A DNA stretch of 64,000 bases from the human T2T-CHM13v2.0 reference genome, Homo sapiens, in NCBI RefSeq assembly GCF_009914755.1, contig NC_060927.1, one strand, 5' to 3'. Made by a program: the position numbers and the translations under genes. This document shows positions 13,140 through 27,287 of this stretch, in pieces (position 1 is the stretch's first letter; every line of letters starts with the position of its first letter). Below the pieces are notes generated by a model, which had not been told where the DNA came from, made no database searches, and saw nothing but the letters and a program-made list of their open reading frames with translations.

Positions 13140-15331
13140 CTTAATAACTTGATACAGAAGATATTTTAAAATTATGATATAATTCAATTTTCATATGTTA
13201 AAAATACCAAAAAAAAGAATATGAAGATTTAAGTTCCAGTTTGACCCTGAACAAACCATTTAATTTTGATTCTTATCTATTATTTACATAATAATGCCAA
13301 CTCATTTATTTGAAAGAATCCAAAGATTCTTTCAAATGAATTCTTCACAAATGAAGATTAAATGACATAAGGCTGCATGTTTCAAGAGGGCACCATCTCT
13401 ATCTCTCTGTCTCCAGGGATTAGCACAGTCCTGAAACAGTAAGCAATTAATAAGTACTTGTTGAACATTTCATAATTGAATAGTTTTTCAAATTAAAGTG
13501 TTTTTTTTTGTTGTTTTTTTTCTTAGTAAGATTGGAAAGAACATTTCTGTTTGGAATATTTTTAGCTTTTCACTTTGATTAATTGTGCTTTACTTGTTTA
13601 GATTTCCTGGCCATCATTTCTGAGCGATAGAATCAATAATTTCTGCAAAATTTTAGAACCAACTTTTCCTAATGGCAGAGTACATTAAAACATCCCTTTT
13701 CTACAAACTTTGGACAAGTTCTTCTAGACTTTTTGAAAATAGTGAATCTGTCCACTTATAAAATGATCTAAGAATTTGCCCCCATCCATCAATGTTTTAT
13801 TTCAGAGCTCTTGGAAAACCAATAAATTAAAGGTTTGCAGAAACCCATGAAGTGTCTGACACATTAAATTTGCATCAAAAGACAAATTTCTGCTGTTGCA
13901 AAATCAGCACAGAGTTCAGAGTGAGAAAAGAAATGTGATATTAATTCTGCAGTATAAACCATTAGAATGAGATAATTAAACAATAGCAAAACAAAAAAGC
14001 TAAGGTGATCTACATTAAAGAATTTTTGACTAGAAAAGTAAAATTGGGCATTATCTCACTGTCAAGTTCTAAACAATCTTGAGAACTGAAAGAACAAATT
14101 TTCATTGCTGTTTTTATGGCAGATTCAAGAGAATCAAAATATACTGCATGAAAACAACCAATTAAACAAAGAAGTTGTGAGAACACTGTATTCCAAGAAA
14201 GAACTACTAACTGTAATGGAGTCTGATTTCAAGGTACATGGGTGTGGTGATAGTTACAAAGCTATGCAGATTTACAGATACATGGTTAGAGAGAACCTTG
14301 AAGGAGAAAGTACCAAGAGTCTGGGTGAACCCGAGAAAAATGGAAAAATCTCATTAAAGAATAGTGGCATGGTGATGTTTTTTTTATTGTGTGGGTCAAG
14401 GAAATATTTGGATTAACCATGCTATTATGATTATCTTCACGAGTAAGCAATTTGCTGGATATAACAGGCAAAATCTGAACTATGTAAAGATGCCCTTTGT
14501 ACCTATAACCATATTCCTCTTTCAGCAGGAGATGAAGAAAAGCAATAACATAACAAAACTGAGTGATGAAATGCTGCTCCTTTTTACTTTGGATATTGAG
14601 AACTATGAAACAAATTGAAGAGAGGGGGCTATAAACGTGAAAAGAAATTTTGATAAAACTGGATATATTCTCTGTTGTATTTCTAAGAAGTTGGAGCCAA
14701 TGCCAGAAGAGAAATGTGAAAAGCTCTTCAAAGAATGAGAAAAATAAAAATTTGGCCTAAGGCTTGAAATGGGAAAAAGGAAGTCAAAAGCAGTTTTAGA
14801 CAAATCTAACAAACAACAATTTGAGAATTGCTCTTTTCATGAAAAAATGATAAATTCAAAAATAAATTTTTGATATGCATTTTCCCACCTAGTGTACTAA
14901 TGTGGTTTCCATATATTGGGCAGGTAAATTTGATGAAAATATGACTTTCATCTACATCTGGGGAAACTAATTACACTTAGGAAGCTCTGTTGGCATTGGT
15001 CTCTGGAGGAGGAAGCCAGGGAAATATTGTATTACCTTAAATTCATTGTGGTGAAAGCAGAAGTAAATTGTTGGGGGACCAATCCTGAATTCTCTCATCT
15101 ATGTTGAAATTCCCTGGAGACAGATGTCCTGAGGATAAGAAAAATTTTTTTTTTCAAAATCAGAAGATAACAACTAGAAAAGGATAATGATAAGGATGGA
15201 AGATATAAGCAATAATAGATTTTGGATTCCACATAACGCTTATATTGGACTTAATTTACCTCTAATTTCTTGAGGTCCACATTTAGATGATTGATTTGAG
15301 ACTTTTCTCTTTTGTAACATAGGTATTTAAT

Positions 15332-18300
15332 TTGGTTCTCTCTTCTTGGCTAATTCACTAGCAATCTATCAATATTATTTACTTTTTCAAAGAACCAGCT
15401 TTTTGTTTCATTTGTCTTTTGCGTGTGTGTGTGTGTGTGTGTGTGTGTTTGGTTTGTTTCAGTTCCATTTAGTTCTGCTCTGATCTTTGTTATTTCTTTT
15501 CTTCTGCTGGGTTTGGGTTTGGATTGTTCTTGTTTCTCCAGCTTCATGAGGCAGGAACTTAGATTGTCTATATGTGCTCTTTCAGACTCTTTGATGTAGG
15601 CATTTAATGCTATAAACTTTCCCCTTAGCACTGCTTTTGCTGTATCCCAGAGGTTTTGATAGGTTGTGTCCCTATTATTCAGCTGAAAGAATTTTTTGAT
15701 TTCCATCTTGATTTCATTCGTGACCCAATGATCATATATGATCAAGCTATTTAATTTCCATGTATTTGCAGGGTTTTGAGGGTTCCTTTTGGAATTGATT
15801 TCCAATTTTATTCCACTGTGGTCTGAGAGAGTACTTGATAACATTTCAATTTTCTTAAATTTACTGAGACTTGTTTTGCGGCTTATCACATGGTCTATCT
15901 TGAAGAATGTTTCATGTGCTGATGAATAGAACATATATTCCACAGATGTTGGGTAGGATGTTCTGTAAATATCTGTTAAGTCCATTTGTTGTAGTGTATA
16001 GTTCAAGTCCATTGTTTTATTTTTTGTTGTTGTTGACTTTCTGTCTTGATGACGTGTTTAGTGCTGTCAATGGAGTATTAAAATCCCCCACTATTATTGT
16101 GTTGCTGTCTCTCATTTCTTGCATCTAGCAGTAATTGCTTTGTAGATTTCGGAGCTCCAGTGTTAGGTGAATATATATTTAGGATTGTGATAGTTTCCTG
16201 TTGAACTAATCTTTTTATCATTATATAATGACCTCCTTTGTCTTTTTAAACTACTGTTGCTTTAAAGTCTGTTTTGTCTTATGTAAGAATAGCTACTCCT
16301 GCTTGTTTTTGGTGTCCATTTGCATAAAATGTCATAAAATTTACCTTAGGTTTATGTGAGTCCTTATGTGTTAGGTGAGTCTCCTGAAGACAGAGGAAAC
16401 TTGGTTGGTGAATTCTTATCCATTCTGTCATTCTATATCTTTTAAGTGGAGCATTAGGCCATTTACATTCAGTGTTAGTATTGAGATGCAAGGTACTATT
16501 CTACTCATTGTGCTATTTGTTCCCTGAATACCTTGTTTTTGTATGTGTTTTTTTTTCATTGTGTTATCGTTATATAGGTCCTGTGAGATTTATGCTTTAA
16601 TGGAGTTCTATTTAGGTGTATTTTGAGTATTTGTTTCAAGATTTAGAGCCTTTTTAGCAGTTCTTGTAGTGATGGCTTGGTAGTGGTGAATTCTCTCAGC
16701 ATTTGTTTGTCTGGAAAAGACTGTATCTTTCCTTCTATGAAGCTTAGTTTCACTGGATACAAAATTATTGGCTGAAAAGTGTTTTGTTTAAGGGGGCTAA
16801 ATGTAGGGCCCCAATTCCTTCTAGCTTGTAGGATTTCCACTGAGAAATCTGCTGTTACTTTGATAGGTTTTCTTTTAGAGGTTATCTGATGCTTTTGCCT
16901 CACAGCTCTTAGGATTCTTTCCTTCATCTTAACTTCAGATGACCTGATGACTATGTGCCTAGGCTATAATATTTTTGTGATGCATTTTCCAGGTGTTCTT
17001 TGAGCTTCTTATATTTGTATGTCTAGATCTGTAGCAAGAGCAGGGAAGTTTTCTTTGATTATTCCCTCAAATATGTTTTCCAAACTTTTAGACTTCTCTT
17101 CTTTGGGAGCACCAACTATTCTTAGGTTTGGAACACTTAACATAGTCCCAAACTTCCTGGAGGCTTTGTTCATTTTTTAAGATTCTTTTTTCTTGTCTTT
17201 GATGGATTGGGTGAATTTGAAAGCCTTATCTTCAAGCTCTGAAGTTTTTTTCTTCTGCTTGTTCTATTCTATTGCTGAGACTTTCTAGTACATTTTCCAT
17301 TTCTCTAAGTGTGTCCTTGATTTCCAGAAGTTGTGCTTGTTTTTTATTTATGCTATTTCACTGAGGTTTTTTTCTTCCTTTCATATCCTGTATCATGTTT
17401 TGTATTTCTTGAAGTTGTACTTCACATTTCCCTGGTGCCTCCTTGATTAGCTTAATAATCGACCTTCTGAATTTTTTTCTGACAATTCAGACATTTCATC
17501 TTGGTTTGAATCCATTGCTGGTAAGCTGGTGTGATACCTTGGGGTGTTAAAAACCTCATTTTGTCATATTGCCAGAATTGGTTTTCTGGTTCCTTCTCAT
17601 TTGGGTAGACTATGCCAGAGGGAAGATCTGAGACACAAGGGCTGCCATTCAGATTCTTTTGTCCTATAGGGTGCTCCCTTGATGTGGTGTCCTCCCTCTT
17701 CCCCTAGGGATGGGGCTTCCTGAGAGCCAAAGTGCAGTGATTGTTTTTGCTCTTCTGGGTCTAGCTACCCAGTGGAACTACTGAGCTTAGGGCTTGTACA
17801 GGGGACTGTCTGCAAAGAGTCCTGTGATATGATCTGTCTTCAGGTCTTTCAGCCATGGATACCATCACCTCTGGTGGAGGTAGTAAGGGAATGAAGTGGA
17901 CTCTGTGAGCATCCTTGTTTGTATTTTTATTTAGTGTGCTGATTTTGTGTTGGTTAACCTCCAGCCTGGAGGTGGCGTTTTCAACAGCACATCAGCTGCA
18001 GTACTATAGAGAGGATGCAGACTTGCCTTAGCGTTGCCTGTTTATATATTCATGTTTCTCAGGTGGTGAGTAGGGCCATAGAGCTCCCAAGAGATTATTT
18101 CCTTTGTCTTTGGCAACCAGGGTGAGTAGAGAAAGACCACCATGTGGGGGCAGGTATAGGCATTTCTGAGCTCAGACTTTCCGTAAGTGGGGCTTACTGT
18201 GGCCGCTGTGGGCAATGGGGGTGTGATTCCCAGGCTAGTGGAGTTATTATCTCAGGGGGATTATGGCTGCCTCTGCTGTATCATACAGGTTGCCAGGCAA

Positions 18301-18680
18301 GTGGGGGAAAGCCAGCAGTTCCAGGCCTCACCCCCTCCCACACAACCCCGCAGTCCCTAAGGCTGATCTCACTCCCACTTTGCCCCTCCAACAGCATCGA
18401 GTCTATTTCCAGGCACCCAGTGACCAGGGCTGACAACTTGCCCCAGACCACCAGCCTCCCCACTGAGAAAGCAAGAGGACTCACAGTTCTTCAGCATCTC
18501 AGGGAGCCTACAGTGGCAATCCAGTTTCTTCAAAGCATCTGTGGATTCTCTCAGCTTTCCTGGTATGTTCCTGCAGTAGTTCTTAGATGTTGATGATGTG
18601 AATCTCCACACGCTGCTCTCTCTGTCCAAGCAGGAGCTGCAAGCTAGTTCTGTCTCCTATCCACCGTCTTCTCTGGGACT
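15332..18680 (-). mobile_element. LINE-1 (L1PB-like): 5'UTR, ORF1 and the endonuclease part of ORF2; 3' portion missing
   Basis: ORF1 fragment 16643-16927 (KERILRAVRQK...ADFS), endonuclease motifs CLQETHL (16279-16491) and SDHSGIKL (15350-16012); 5'UTR start near 18675. Confidence 0.92.
15421..15447. repeat. (TG)n microsatellite inside L1 ORF2
   Basis: GCGTGTGTGT... run, read as THTHTHTHT in the ORF. Confidence 0.95.
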
Positions 18681-19559
18681 TCAATTTTTAATGAACAAGA
18701 CATGAGTTGCTTCTCTGTCAGTCCAATCAATTTGGTTATCGTATCTTTAATCAAATTGCTAACCCTATCTATTTTTTTTTTTTTCCAAACAGCTAACTAC
18801 TACTAGCACTAAAATAGTTGGGGGAAACTCATGACATAAAATTAAATTAATAAAAAGTATGACATTTAAGTTTTAAAAACTAATGACTGCCTTATGCATA
18901 ATCACAAAGGGCCTCCTGGCAAGTATACTATACAGAGGATTCCAGATATGCATAGTCCCTGCCCAGCCCTGGCAAAATTATCTGAGAAGGGAAGATCAGA
19001 GAGCTTCACTTCTTAGTGCAGTAGATCAGACACAATACTTTAATCACAGAATGAACTTATCTACAAATACTGATGATGATGATGATAATGTGAGTAAATT
19101 ATGCCAAACCTGGTGTTTTCACAGTTAGGAAAGTGGAAAATGCGTACATTCTATTGCTTTTCTCACTTTCTTTAGAGAATTTTAAATTAATAAAATACAT
19201 TTCACCATTTAAAAATATCCTTTGGTTTTCAGGAGACAGAATAAAAAGCAGAGGCAGAGTAAAGTGTCATCTATACAGAAGCTGCATCTTTAAGGGAGAG
19301 AGTGCCTCGCAACTAAAAATGTAATTCTTGCTCTGCAGCATCATTGCAGAGGATGGTTTGAAAATAGAATAGACAGCTGTTTCTTCACGACTCTCTTTTG
19401 TTGAAAGCTGCATCATGCTCACTGAAATAAGCCTTGAACTGCTCTTCTTGTCTAACTGAATAGGTCAGCTAGAATGGAGAATTTTGCAATACAGCTTTTT
19501 GTAAATGCTCTGCATCGTTTACATTTGGATAATTCCAACTTTTTCAGTGGTTTTGTAAA

Positions 19560-19750
19560 CAATGAATAAGCATTAAGTCCCCTGGATTTGGAGTCAGACA
19601 AGACCAGCTCTGCCACTTGGCATGTGTTTGTGTCTATATATTTCCACCTCTGTGGTAGTAAAATATCAGTAATACTTACCACACTGCATTGTTTTGAGAA
19701 TTGAGATAACCACATATATACAATATTTAACAGAATATTTGGCAAACAGA
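19560..19750. mobile_element. MIR remnant
   Basis: TTTGGAGTCAGACA...CTCTGCCACTT...AATACTTACC...GTTTTGAGAATT core-like pattern. Confidence 0.6.
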
Positions 19751-22700
19751 AGGCACTGAAAAAATATTTGTTGTCATTTTTATTATATTCATGTTCATTA
19801 TTTCAAACAACGGTGATTCCACAGTCACGAATAGCTCTGTGAAGAAGCTAGAGCTTCTTTGTACACAGCCAAGACTTTTTGGATTGCTGGTTTGCCAGTT
19901 GTCTAAAGTAAAATACTGTTTGTTGAACAATATCATTTGTTGAACAAAGTTCATTTTACAGTACCAAGGTCAAATAAATTACTTGAATGCTATCTGTTAA
20001 AATACAGAAATAATTTGATTTGTGACTTTTTGTCTTCTCCAGGATAAGGGAAGAGAAATGAAGAGAAGTTGTGAAATTGAATTGAGCTAAATATCGTTAG
20101 AGATTCTGGAACGGGATTCTATGAAGGTGATGACTGCACAGTAGCTCCCTTCCCTCCATTACCTACTTATTTGTGTCAGTGTCTCCTCCCTGTGTTCCTA
20201 AGAACTCTTTCCTGAAATTCTTAGGCCCACTGTTGCCTGTGTGTATGTGAGATGTTGGTTTGGACAACAAATGCAGAGCCATGTATCATTTGGGCTTGAT
20301 CATCTTTGTAAGCCAGGACTTGCATAGCACAGATAACAAGAACTTGACCTTCATGCCCCTCTGTCTAGGAGAGTCCTAGTAGATTTGGGTGTTAAAAATC
20401 TTCCTCCAACTGCCTCAGAAGGAGACAGGTGACTCCCCTGCTTTTATTCTACAGTCCTCTCAGAATACCTACCAATGTCTTATAATGACCCGCACAGTTT
20501 GGCAGTTCAGACCTCATCTCTCATTCTCTCTAATTTCTTGCTTTTACTCTAGCCACACTGGCCTTGTTTTGTTTTGCGAACATCTGCGGCATACTCCCAC
20601 CTCAAGATCTTGGCAAATGTTACATCCTCTGATTGGAATGCTCTTCCCAGATGGCCACAAGTTTTGCTCTCTGATCTTCCTCAAATTTTTCCTTAAATAT
20701 AAAACTTTTTCCTGATCATTCTACTTAAAATTTCAACCCCACAGTGTTTTCCTAGTTTCTTGTCTTTTACCTAATGCACTTATAACTTTTTAAAATACTT
20801 TTACAGATTGGTTTGTCGAATGCTATATATATTATTTCTTTAAAATTTGTTTGCCTACAAATGTATTTATTAAATTTGTCTTCTGCCTCCCCCAAGGAAT
20901 ACAAGCTTCAATAGTTCTAAAAAAGTAAACATAAAATAAAATAAAATAAAAATAAAAATTCATGCACTGGAAAGACAAATTTAGAATTTAAGAATAAACT
21001 TAAAAATAAAGATATTCATGAGAAAGTGACATTTTAATGAATGTTGGAAATGTAACCAATGCTTTTGAATAGGATCACTAAAGATAAAGTGAACTCATTC
21101 AAATTTAACGTATTAATTTAATACATAATAATCCCAGCATTTAAAGAATTATCTAAAATTATATTCAAATTATGGGAGAAATAAGTTCCCCCACATAGGC
21201 AAGGAAAATATTGAAAATATAATTTAAATTATAATTCAAAGTAATGGAATCTGAATATTTTCCACATCAGTGATCCTGCACAAGTGATTTTTCCAGTCCA
21301 TTTCCATGAGTAATGCAGTCCATTTGATTAGCTTTCAAAGTGTAGCTTCTCAATGCTTTAGACTCACAAATACATGACAAGTGTTAAAAAGGTTTGCTAA
21401 TCTATTTTATAGTCTTCTCTTGTTCAACCCACAATGTAATTTTTTCAATCATAATTATACAGTGGTGTGTTGTGAATTTGAAGAACAAAGATTCAAAATA
21501 TTTTGCATTTTAGAAATTGTCTGTAGGTTATAGAAATAAAGAGTAAAAATAATAGAATATTTTAAGATGTTTGATTATTTCCAGTGAAGATGTAGAATTT
21601 GATTCTATTTTTAAATTTTTTTTTAGAATTACCATGTGTTACATGTGAGTTTATTGCTATCTGAATTGTTACAAAGAAAGAATCTCTGTCCATTTTCTGT
21701 TTATTAAATTTAGAATGTTAAATGTTTTTCTTAGTATCCCTATCCCATCAATTTTTTTTTCATTCATAATGTGTATTACTTTGGGTTCTCCAGAGAAACA
21801 AAACGAATAGCATAAGTAGATAGATAGCTATAGAAAGATAGCTATACAAATATATCTACCTTTAGTTTAGTCTATCTTTAGTTTATCTTTAGTCTCTCAG
21901 TTTCTAAGTTTTCCATATGCTTAGGAAATCCTCAGAATTAGGGCACATGGTGAGACTTATAGTTATTGTTTAACATTTTTCTGCAGCAAGGAAAAAGAAA
22001 GGAGAAATTTGGGGTTCTGAGAATAGACAAATAAAGGTGGGTACTCAAGGAGGTGTGGAATCCAGGTGGCAGCTGTTTCTTCTCCATTCAGATTATCTTG
22101 GTTACTTGAACATACAAATGACAAAACTGGCACTTTGCCACTGAAAGTTTAATTTATCTTGAATGTTAGCATAATTTTAGAATTTATTATACTACAAGAA
22201 AAGAAAAAGCATGCGACGTGTTTTGTTTTCTTTTCCTATGACCTTCAGGCGGTCAACTACTTTATTATGTAAACCTATGCTAAACTATCCAATTGCCTCC
22301 CACTGCCTGGTAATTTTTGTAAATTTAGAAATAATTATATATTTTCAGAAAAGTTGCAAGAATAGTACAAAAAATTTTCACACAATCGTCACCTATATTC
22401 CCCTATTTTTTCACATTTGCTTTATTACTCCCTTTAATATATACATATATACATATGAAATAATAATTTTAAATTGCAAACATGGTATTGCTGTACTCCT
22501 AAATACTTCAGTGTGCATTATCTCCATAAGGAACATTCCCTTAATATTACCACAATTAACATAACAGGACATTAACATTGATACAATATTTTACACAATC
22601 AATTGCTCCTTTCTGATTCCTTGGTTTATAATTTCCTTTTAAACATTAGGACACACATACTATGAGGCAATTTTTTTTGTTGTTTTCGCTTTAATAAGCA

Positions 22701-23855
22701 CCAAATGTTATTTTGATTAGATTAAAATAGATCTATGTCATGGTTTTTATTCTTACATAATACTACACTATGAATTCACCAAAATTGGCCAATATGATCT
22801 TCAAAATTTTGTGGAGAAAATGTCCAAGAATATGCAAGCAAAATAGTAGAATATAATTAAAATTATAGTTTTTCTGCAACAGAGTCATATGAGATAGCCC
22901 ATCTTCATTGGTAAACATTTTTATGAGTGCCATTAATCTCTACCTCTCTTGTAAATCCACTCATTACACTGTATTGTTACTACACATTTATGCATCTTCA
23001 AATCCCACTAGACTGTTAGACTGCAAAATTAGTACAGGCAGAAACTGTGCCTCCTTCGTTAACTAATGCATTGTGGATACTGAATCAACTGGTTGAATGA
23101 ATAAGTGAATAGTAAGTATGACATAGAAGCGAATCTAGCTGCTACCTTGTTATGAAATCAAAGGCCATCAGGAGTAATCCTCCTTACTCTCCTGTTTGAC
23201 CTACCCAAACTGTTATCAACATGTATGTCTATACTAACTTTTCTTCTAATTGCAGAAGAGTAGGTGTGCCCTCCTCATGTCTCCTGCTTCTTATTCCATC
23301 CTTAGGTTCCAGGCTCTTGCTCTGTTGGTCATACATAGTATTCCTCTCCTATGTCTTCAACTATTTTTTCTTTTTTTTTTTTGTTTTTTTCTTGCCCATA
23401 TCAAAAATGTAGACTTTGCTCTCCCATCAAATAAAGCCATCTCTTTTTTCTACTCCCTGTAGCCACCATCTAGTCTCTTACTTCCCCTTTTCCTGCTGAG
23501 CTTCCTAAAAGCATAGCTTGTTATATATTTCTGTTATCTCCCATTTATTTCTCAACTACCCTTGATCTAGATTCATTTCTTAATACTTCTAAAGGTAGTT
23601 CTGGCTTAAACAATGGCATGTGTATTTTCATATTTTGTGGACACGATTCCATCTTGATTGACCCTCTGCTCCCTGACATCATTCTCTCTGGTTTCTATAC
23701 TTTGGAATTTAGTTGGATTTAATGTTTCTTGAATGGACAAATCCATTTCCTGCATATATTTTACTAGAATTGAGTAGTCACCTAGAGAATGCCATGTAGA
23801 TGACAGCAGAACAGGCCAAGACATATTGCTTGTTCCATTTTTCTTCATTTCATCT

Positions 23856-24223
23856 TGATATGGTTTGGCTTTGGCTCTGTGTTCCCACCCAAATCTCATC
23901 CCGAATCCCCATGTGTTGAAGGAGGGACCTGGTGGGAGGTGACTGGATCACAGGAGCTTTTTCCTTAACACTGTTCTCATGACAGTGAGTGAGTTCTCAC
24001 GAGATCTGATGGTTAAAAGTGTGGCACTTCCCCTAATTCTCTCTCTCTCTCCTGCTGCTATGTAATATGTGCCTTGCTTCCCCTTTGCCTTCTGCCATGA
24101 TTGTTTCACCCTCATGGGGGGCCTCCCCTGCCATGAGGAGCTGTGAGTTAAACTTCTTTTTTTTTTAATAAATTACTCAGTCTCAGGTAGTTCTTTACAG
24201 CAGTGTGAAAATGGACTAATACA
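23856..24223 (+). mobile_element. THE1-type solo LTR
   Basis: TGATATGGTTTGG...GGACTAATACA; TSD CATCT/CACCT. Confidence 0.88.
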
Positions 24224-25495
24224 CACCTCATTTTACTTTTATTAAGATAAAGAACATTTTAAAATGCATTCTGAAAACTCATTAACAGCACACTGAGTGA
24301 ATCATTGTTAAATTAAATGTTTCTATGTCAATTTATCTGGTAATTTTCTCTTCATTACTATGATAGCCATCCAAAGATAAGGTTCCTTTTTATTTAACAT
24401 GAGGAAGGCGCCAACAAAATTATAATGCTTTGGGACACAGAAAAATTTATGAGAAATGTTACCGTGTATACTGCAAAATAAGACTGAGCTTCACCCATGA
24501 GCTGATGAAATCCATTATATAGTATTTTCATTTTGAATATTTCTTGTTTTCTGAAGGTCTGAATAAATCTTAAATTGAGTAAATCAGGAGGTACTAAGCT
24601 TCATGGTGGTTAAGAAAAGAGGGAAGAAGTATTTAAGTCTACAAAATGTATGTGTTTAAAATAATTATAAATGATATTTTATAGAGAATAATTTGAAGAA
24701 AATATAATGATCTTATCACTAAATTCATAAAAGTATAAATTGTGGATTATGTTTTTATATTTTTGATGACTTTGAATACCCAAGAATAGAGAAATAAAGT
24801 CCTTGCTTTCAGAAATAGGTGTAGCATGATGCTTTTCAGATTAAGAAAAGTAGTATAATATTTCTGCCTCTCCCTTAGTTCTGTTGTGCCTATATCTCAT
24901 ACTTCTGGCTGTGTTAATATCCATGGGTTGGACATGCTACTTTACTGTCAGTCCTATATATCCCCAAGATATTGTGTTAACATTTAAGGACCTGCAATAG
25001 GTACACAACTTAACGACTGAAACATTTGTAGTTTTATTTATATAGTCTATCTCAATTAAATCCAAAAAAGAGTCTCAAGATTACAAAAACTCCCAGTTAA
25101 TACAGGCATCTTGAATTAGCCTACATGCCAACTTGACCACTGATGAGGAGATTCTTCAGTTTCTTTTCCTCAACACCAACTGGTTATATGGCTCAGGAAT
25201 AGTGATGTTTGGGTAGCTCTCCTAGCTCTGAGAAAAGGTTTCTAAGTCAGCATGTGAGTTTCAGTACAGCTACAAAAAAAGAGCATGAACTCTGGACGAT
25301 TTAACAACCCACTTTCCAACTCACTAACAGTAAGGTGACTTTGAGGAAGTCACCAAACTTTCTTTTGCCTCAGTATTTTCCACTGTAAAAAAGGGGTCAC
25401 GTTATTACCTGAGAGGTTTATTGCAGGCTTAACTGTGTCAATAAATGTGAAGTACTCATGAAAGGAGCTGGTAGAAAGTAAATAATGTGCTAGCT

Positions 25496-25528
<33 letters not shown>
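25496..25528. repeat. Poly(T) tract of about 30 nt between MIR-like fragments
   Basis: Direct reading. Confidence 0.9.
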
Positions 25529-25729
25529 CCAGAGGCCTATATCACTGATCATTTATCTTGGAATAGGAAGTTCAAGTGCCACATCAATGCTGATCACTAG
25601 ATTTGTGACCCTGGGCATTTTACATGATCCATGTGACTTTATGTTTTTCACTGGTAAAATGAGATTAATAATTCCTGTCCCCATTATCCCACAATGACTT
25701 GATAGGTTTTCTCTTGTGAAGGCTCATAG

Positions 25730-26600
25730 TGGTGCAGAATTTTTCTTGGCCTTTTCATCAGGCTCACAACAGGGGTGCCCCACTTACTTGGCCAACTATG
25801 CTCAACCCCTTGAAGGAGGCAGCACATGAGCAGGTTTGTGAGGGATCGAGCCAGCCATTCCAGGTGCCAGCAGGAGCAAGCTCTGTGCAACAGTGCCCAG
25901 GTGGGGTGCCTGTGACCCTGAGGCCCCAGAAGAGGTGATACAATGCTCCTTTAGTTCCGCTGGTTATGGATGGCTATGTGTTAACAGCTCATTTGGCCCC
26001 TTGCCTCATCATGTGGGGCGGCTTCCCTCCACCAGAGAGGGCAAAGGGCTAGTGTGACAGCCTTTTTTGGGTACCTGCACTCAGTGGGTCCTGAGCTCTT
26101 GCCTGGTGTCCAAGAAGAATGAGGTCGCATGGACACTTGAAGGATGCTGAACGTGAATAATTTTATTGAGCAATGGGAATGGCTCTCAGTGGAGAGGAGA
26201 GCTGCAGAGGGAATGGAAGGGCAGATAGCTCTCCCTGAAGTTCAGCCGTGTCTTCCCCAAAATCAAGCCATCTCTTCATTGCCAAAGTCCAGCCATCTTG
26301 TCTCCAAAGTCAAGCCATCTTGCTGAAGTCAAGCTGCCTCTCTCCCTTTACTGACTAAGTCTAGGGTCTTTATAGGTGAAGGATAGGAATGGGTTAGGCC
26401 ATAGGTAGTTTTGGAAAAGGCAACATTCGATTGGTAAAACTACATTATTCAGAAAATACTAATCAGGAGAGAATAGGCAAACAAGAATAGAAATTCTCAT
26501 TTTGGGCCACAGGTTTCAGGCTACTTTGGCTTGAATGTGGGATTTCACTGGACATCTGCCCCTATCTGCCTAGAATTTCTCTGCCTCCTGCCTCTACTAA
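25730..26600 (-). mobile_element. ERV1 solo LTR, MER52-like
   Basis: GC-rich island in an AT-rich background; termini resemble recalled MER52 ends (TG.TGCAG.ATTTT.CTTGGCC and CTGCCTCCTGCC). Confidence 0.65.
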
Positions 26601-27134
26601 TGGTACACAACAGCAAACATCACACAATGCAGGTAGGAACTCACAGGCTAAGGGTGAGCAGGAACACACGTCTCTGGCTTTGCAATAGTCTGGAGAGATG
26701 TGCTTAGACCATGGGACTGGGTGCTGACAGAGGTCATCTGCCTTCTGCTGCTGTCTATTTTTAATTGAGTAAGTATAGCAATGATGTTTCTCAGGGGAAT
26801 AGATACTTTAAGGTTTGGAGAAAGTTTTCTAACGATGTGCTGGAAAAAGCCAGCTCTCTAGCACTTGGAGACGGTGAAGAAATTTGCTGGGCCACCCAGA
26901 GAGACTGCTCCAGCACTCCTTTTCTTCATATAATTAAAGGACAAAATATAAGTAACATATTGTTAAAATAGTAAAGCATTACATAAATTAATTGAGTCTC
27001 TCTCTGAATAGCAAAAGGTAATAATGAAATACTGAAATGAAGAGTACGATTTTCTGTGTGGAGATTATAAAACACACATGAATATTATGTTCTAAATCTT
27101 CAATAGATGACTTCTATTGAAGTATTTTATTCAT

Positions 27135-27287
27135 TCATTTATTTTTAGAGATGAGGTCTCACTCTGTCATGCAGGCTGGAGTACAGTGGTGCAATCATAC
27201 CTGACTCTAATCTCAAACTCTTGGGCTCGCAGGATCCTGCTACCTCCTAAGTCACTGGGATTACAAGCATAAGCCACTGCACTCAGC
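27135..27287 (-). mobile_element. Old Alu monomer (FRAM/FLAM-like)
   Basis: About 150-bp single arm GAGATGAGGTCTCACTCTGT...GGGATTACAAGCATAAGCCAC. Confidence 0.8.

Noticed and set aside
14105-14812. Short ORFs in AT-rich sequence; also 34495-34902
   Set aside because: No recognisable domain or splice-consistent structure; likely chance or ancient repeat-derived
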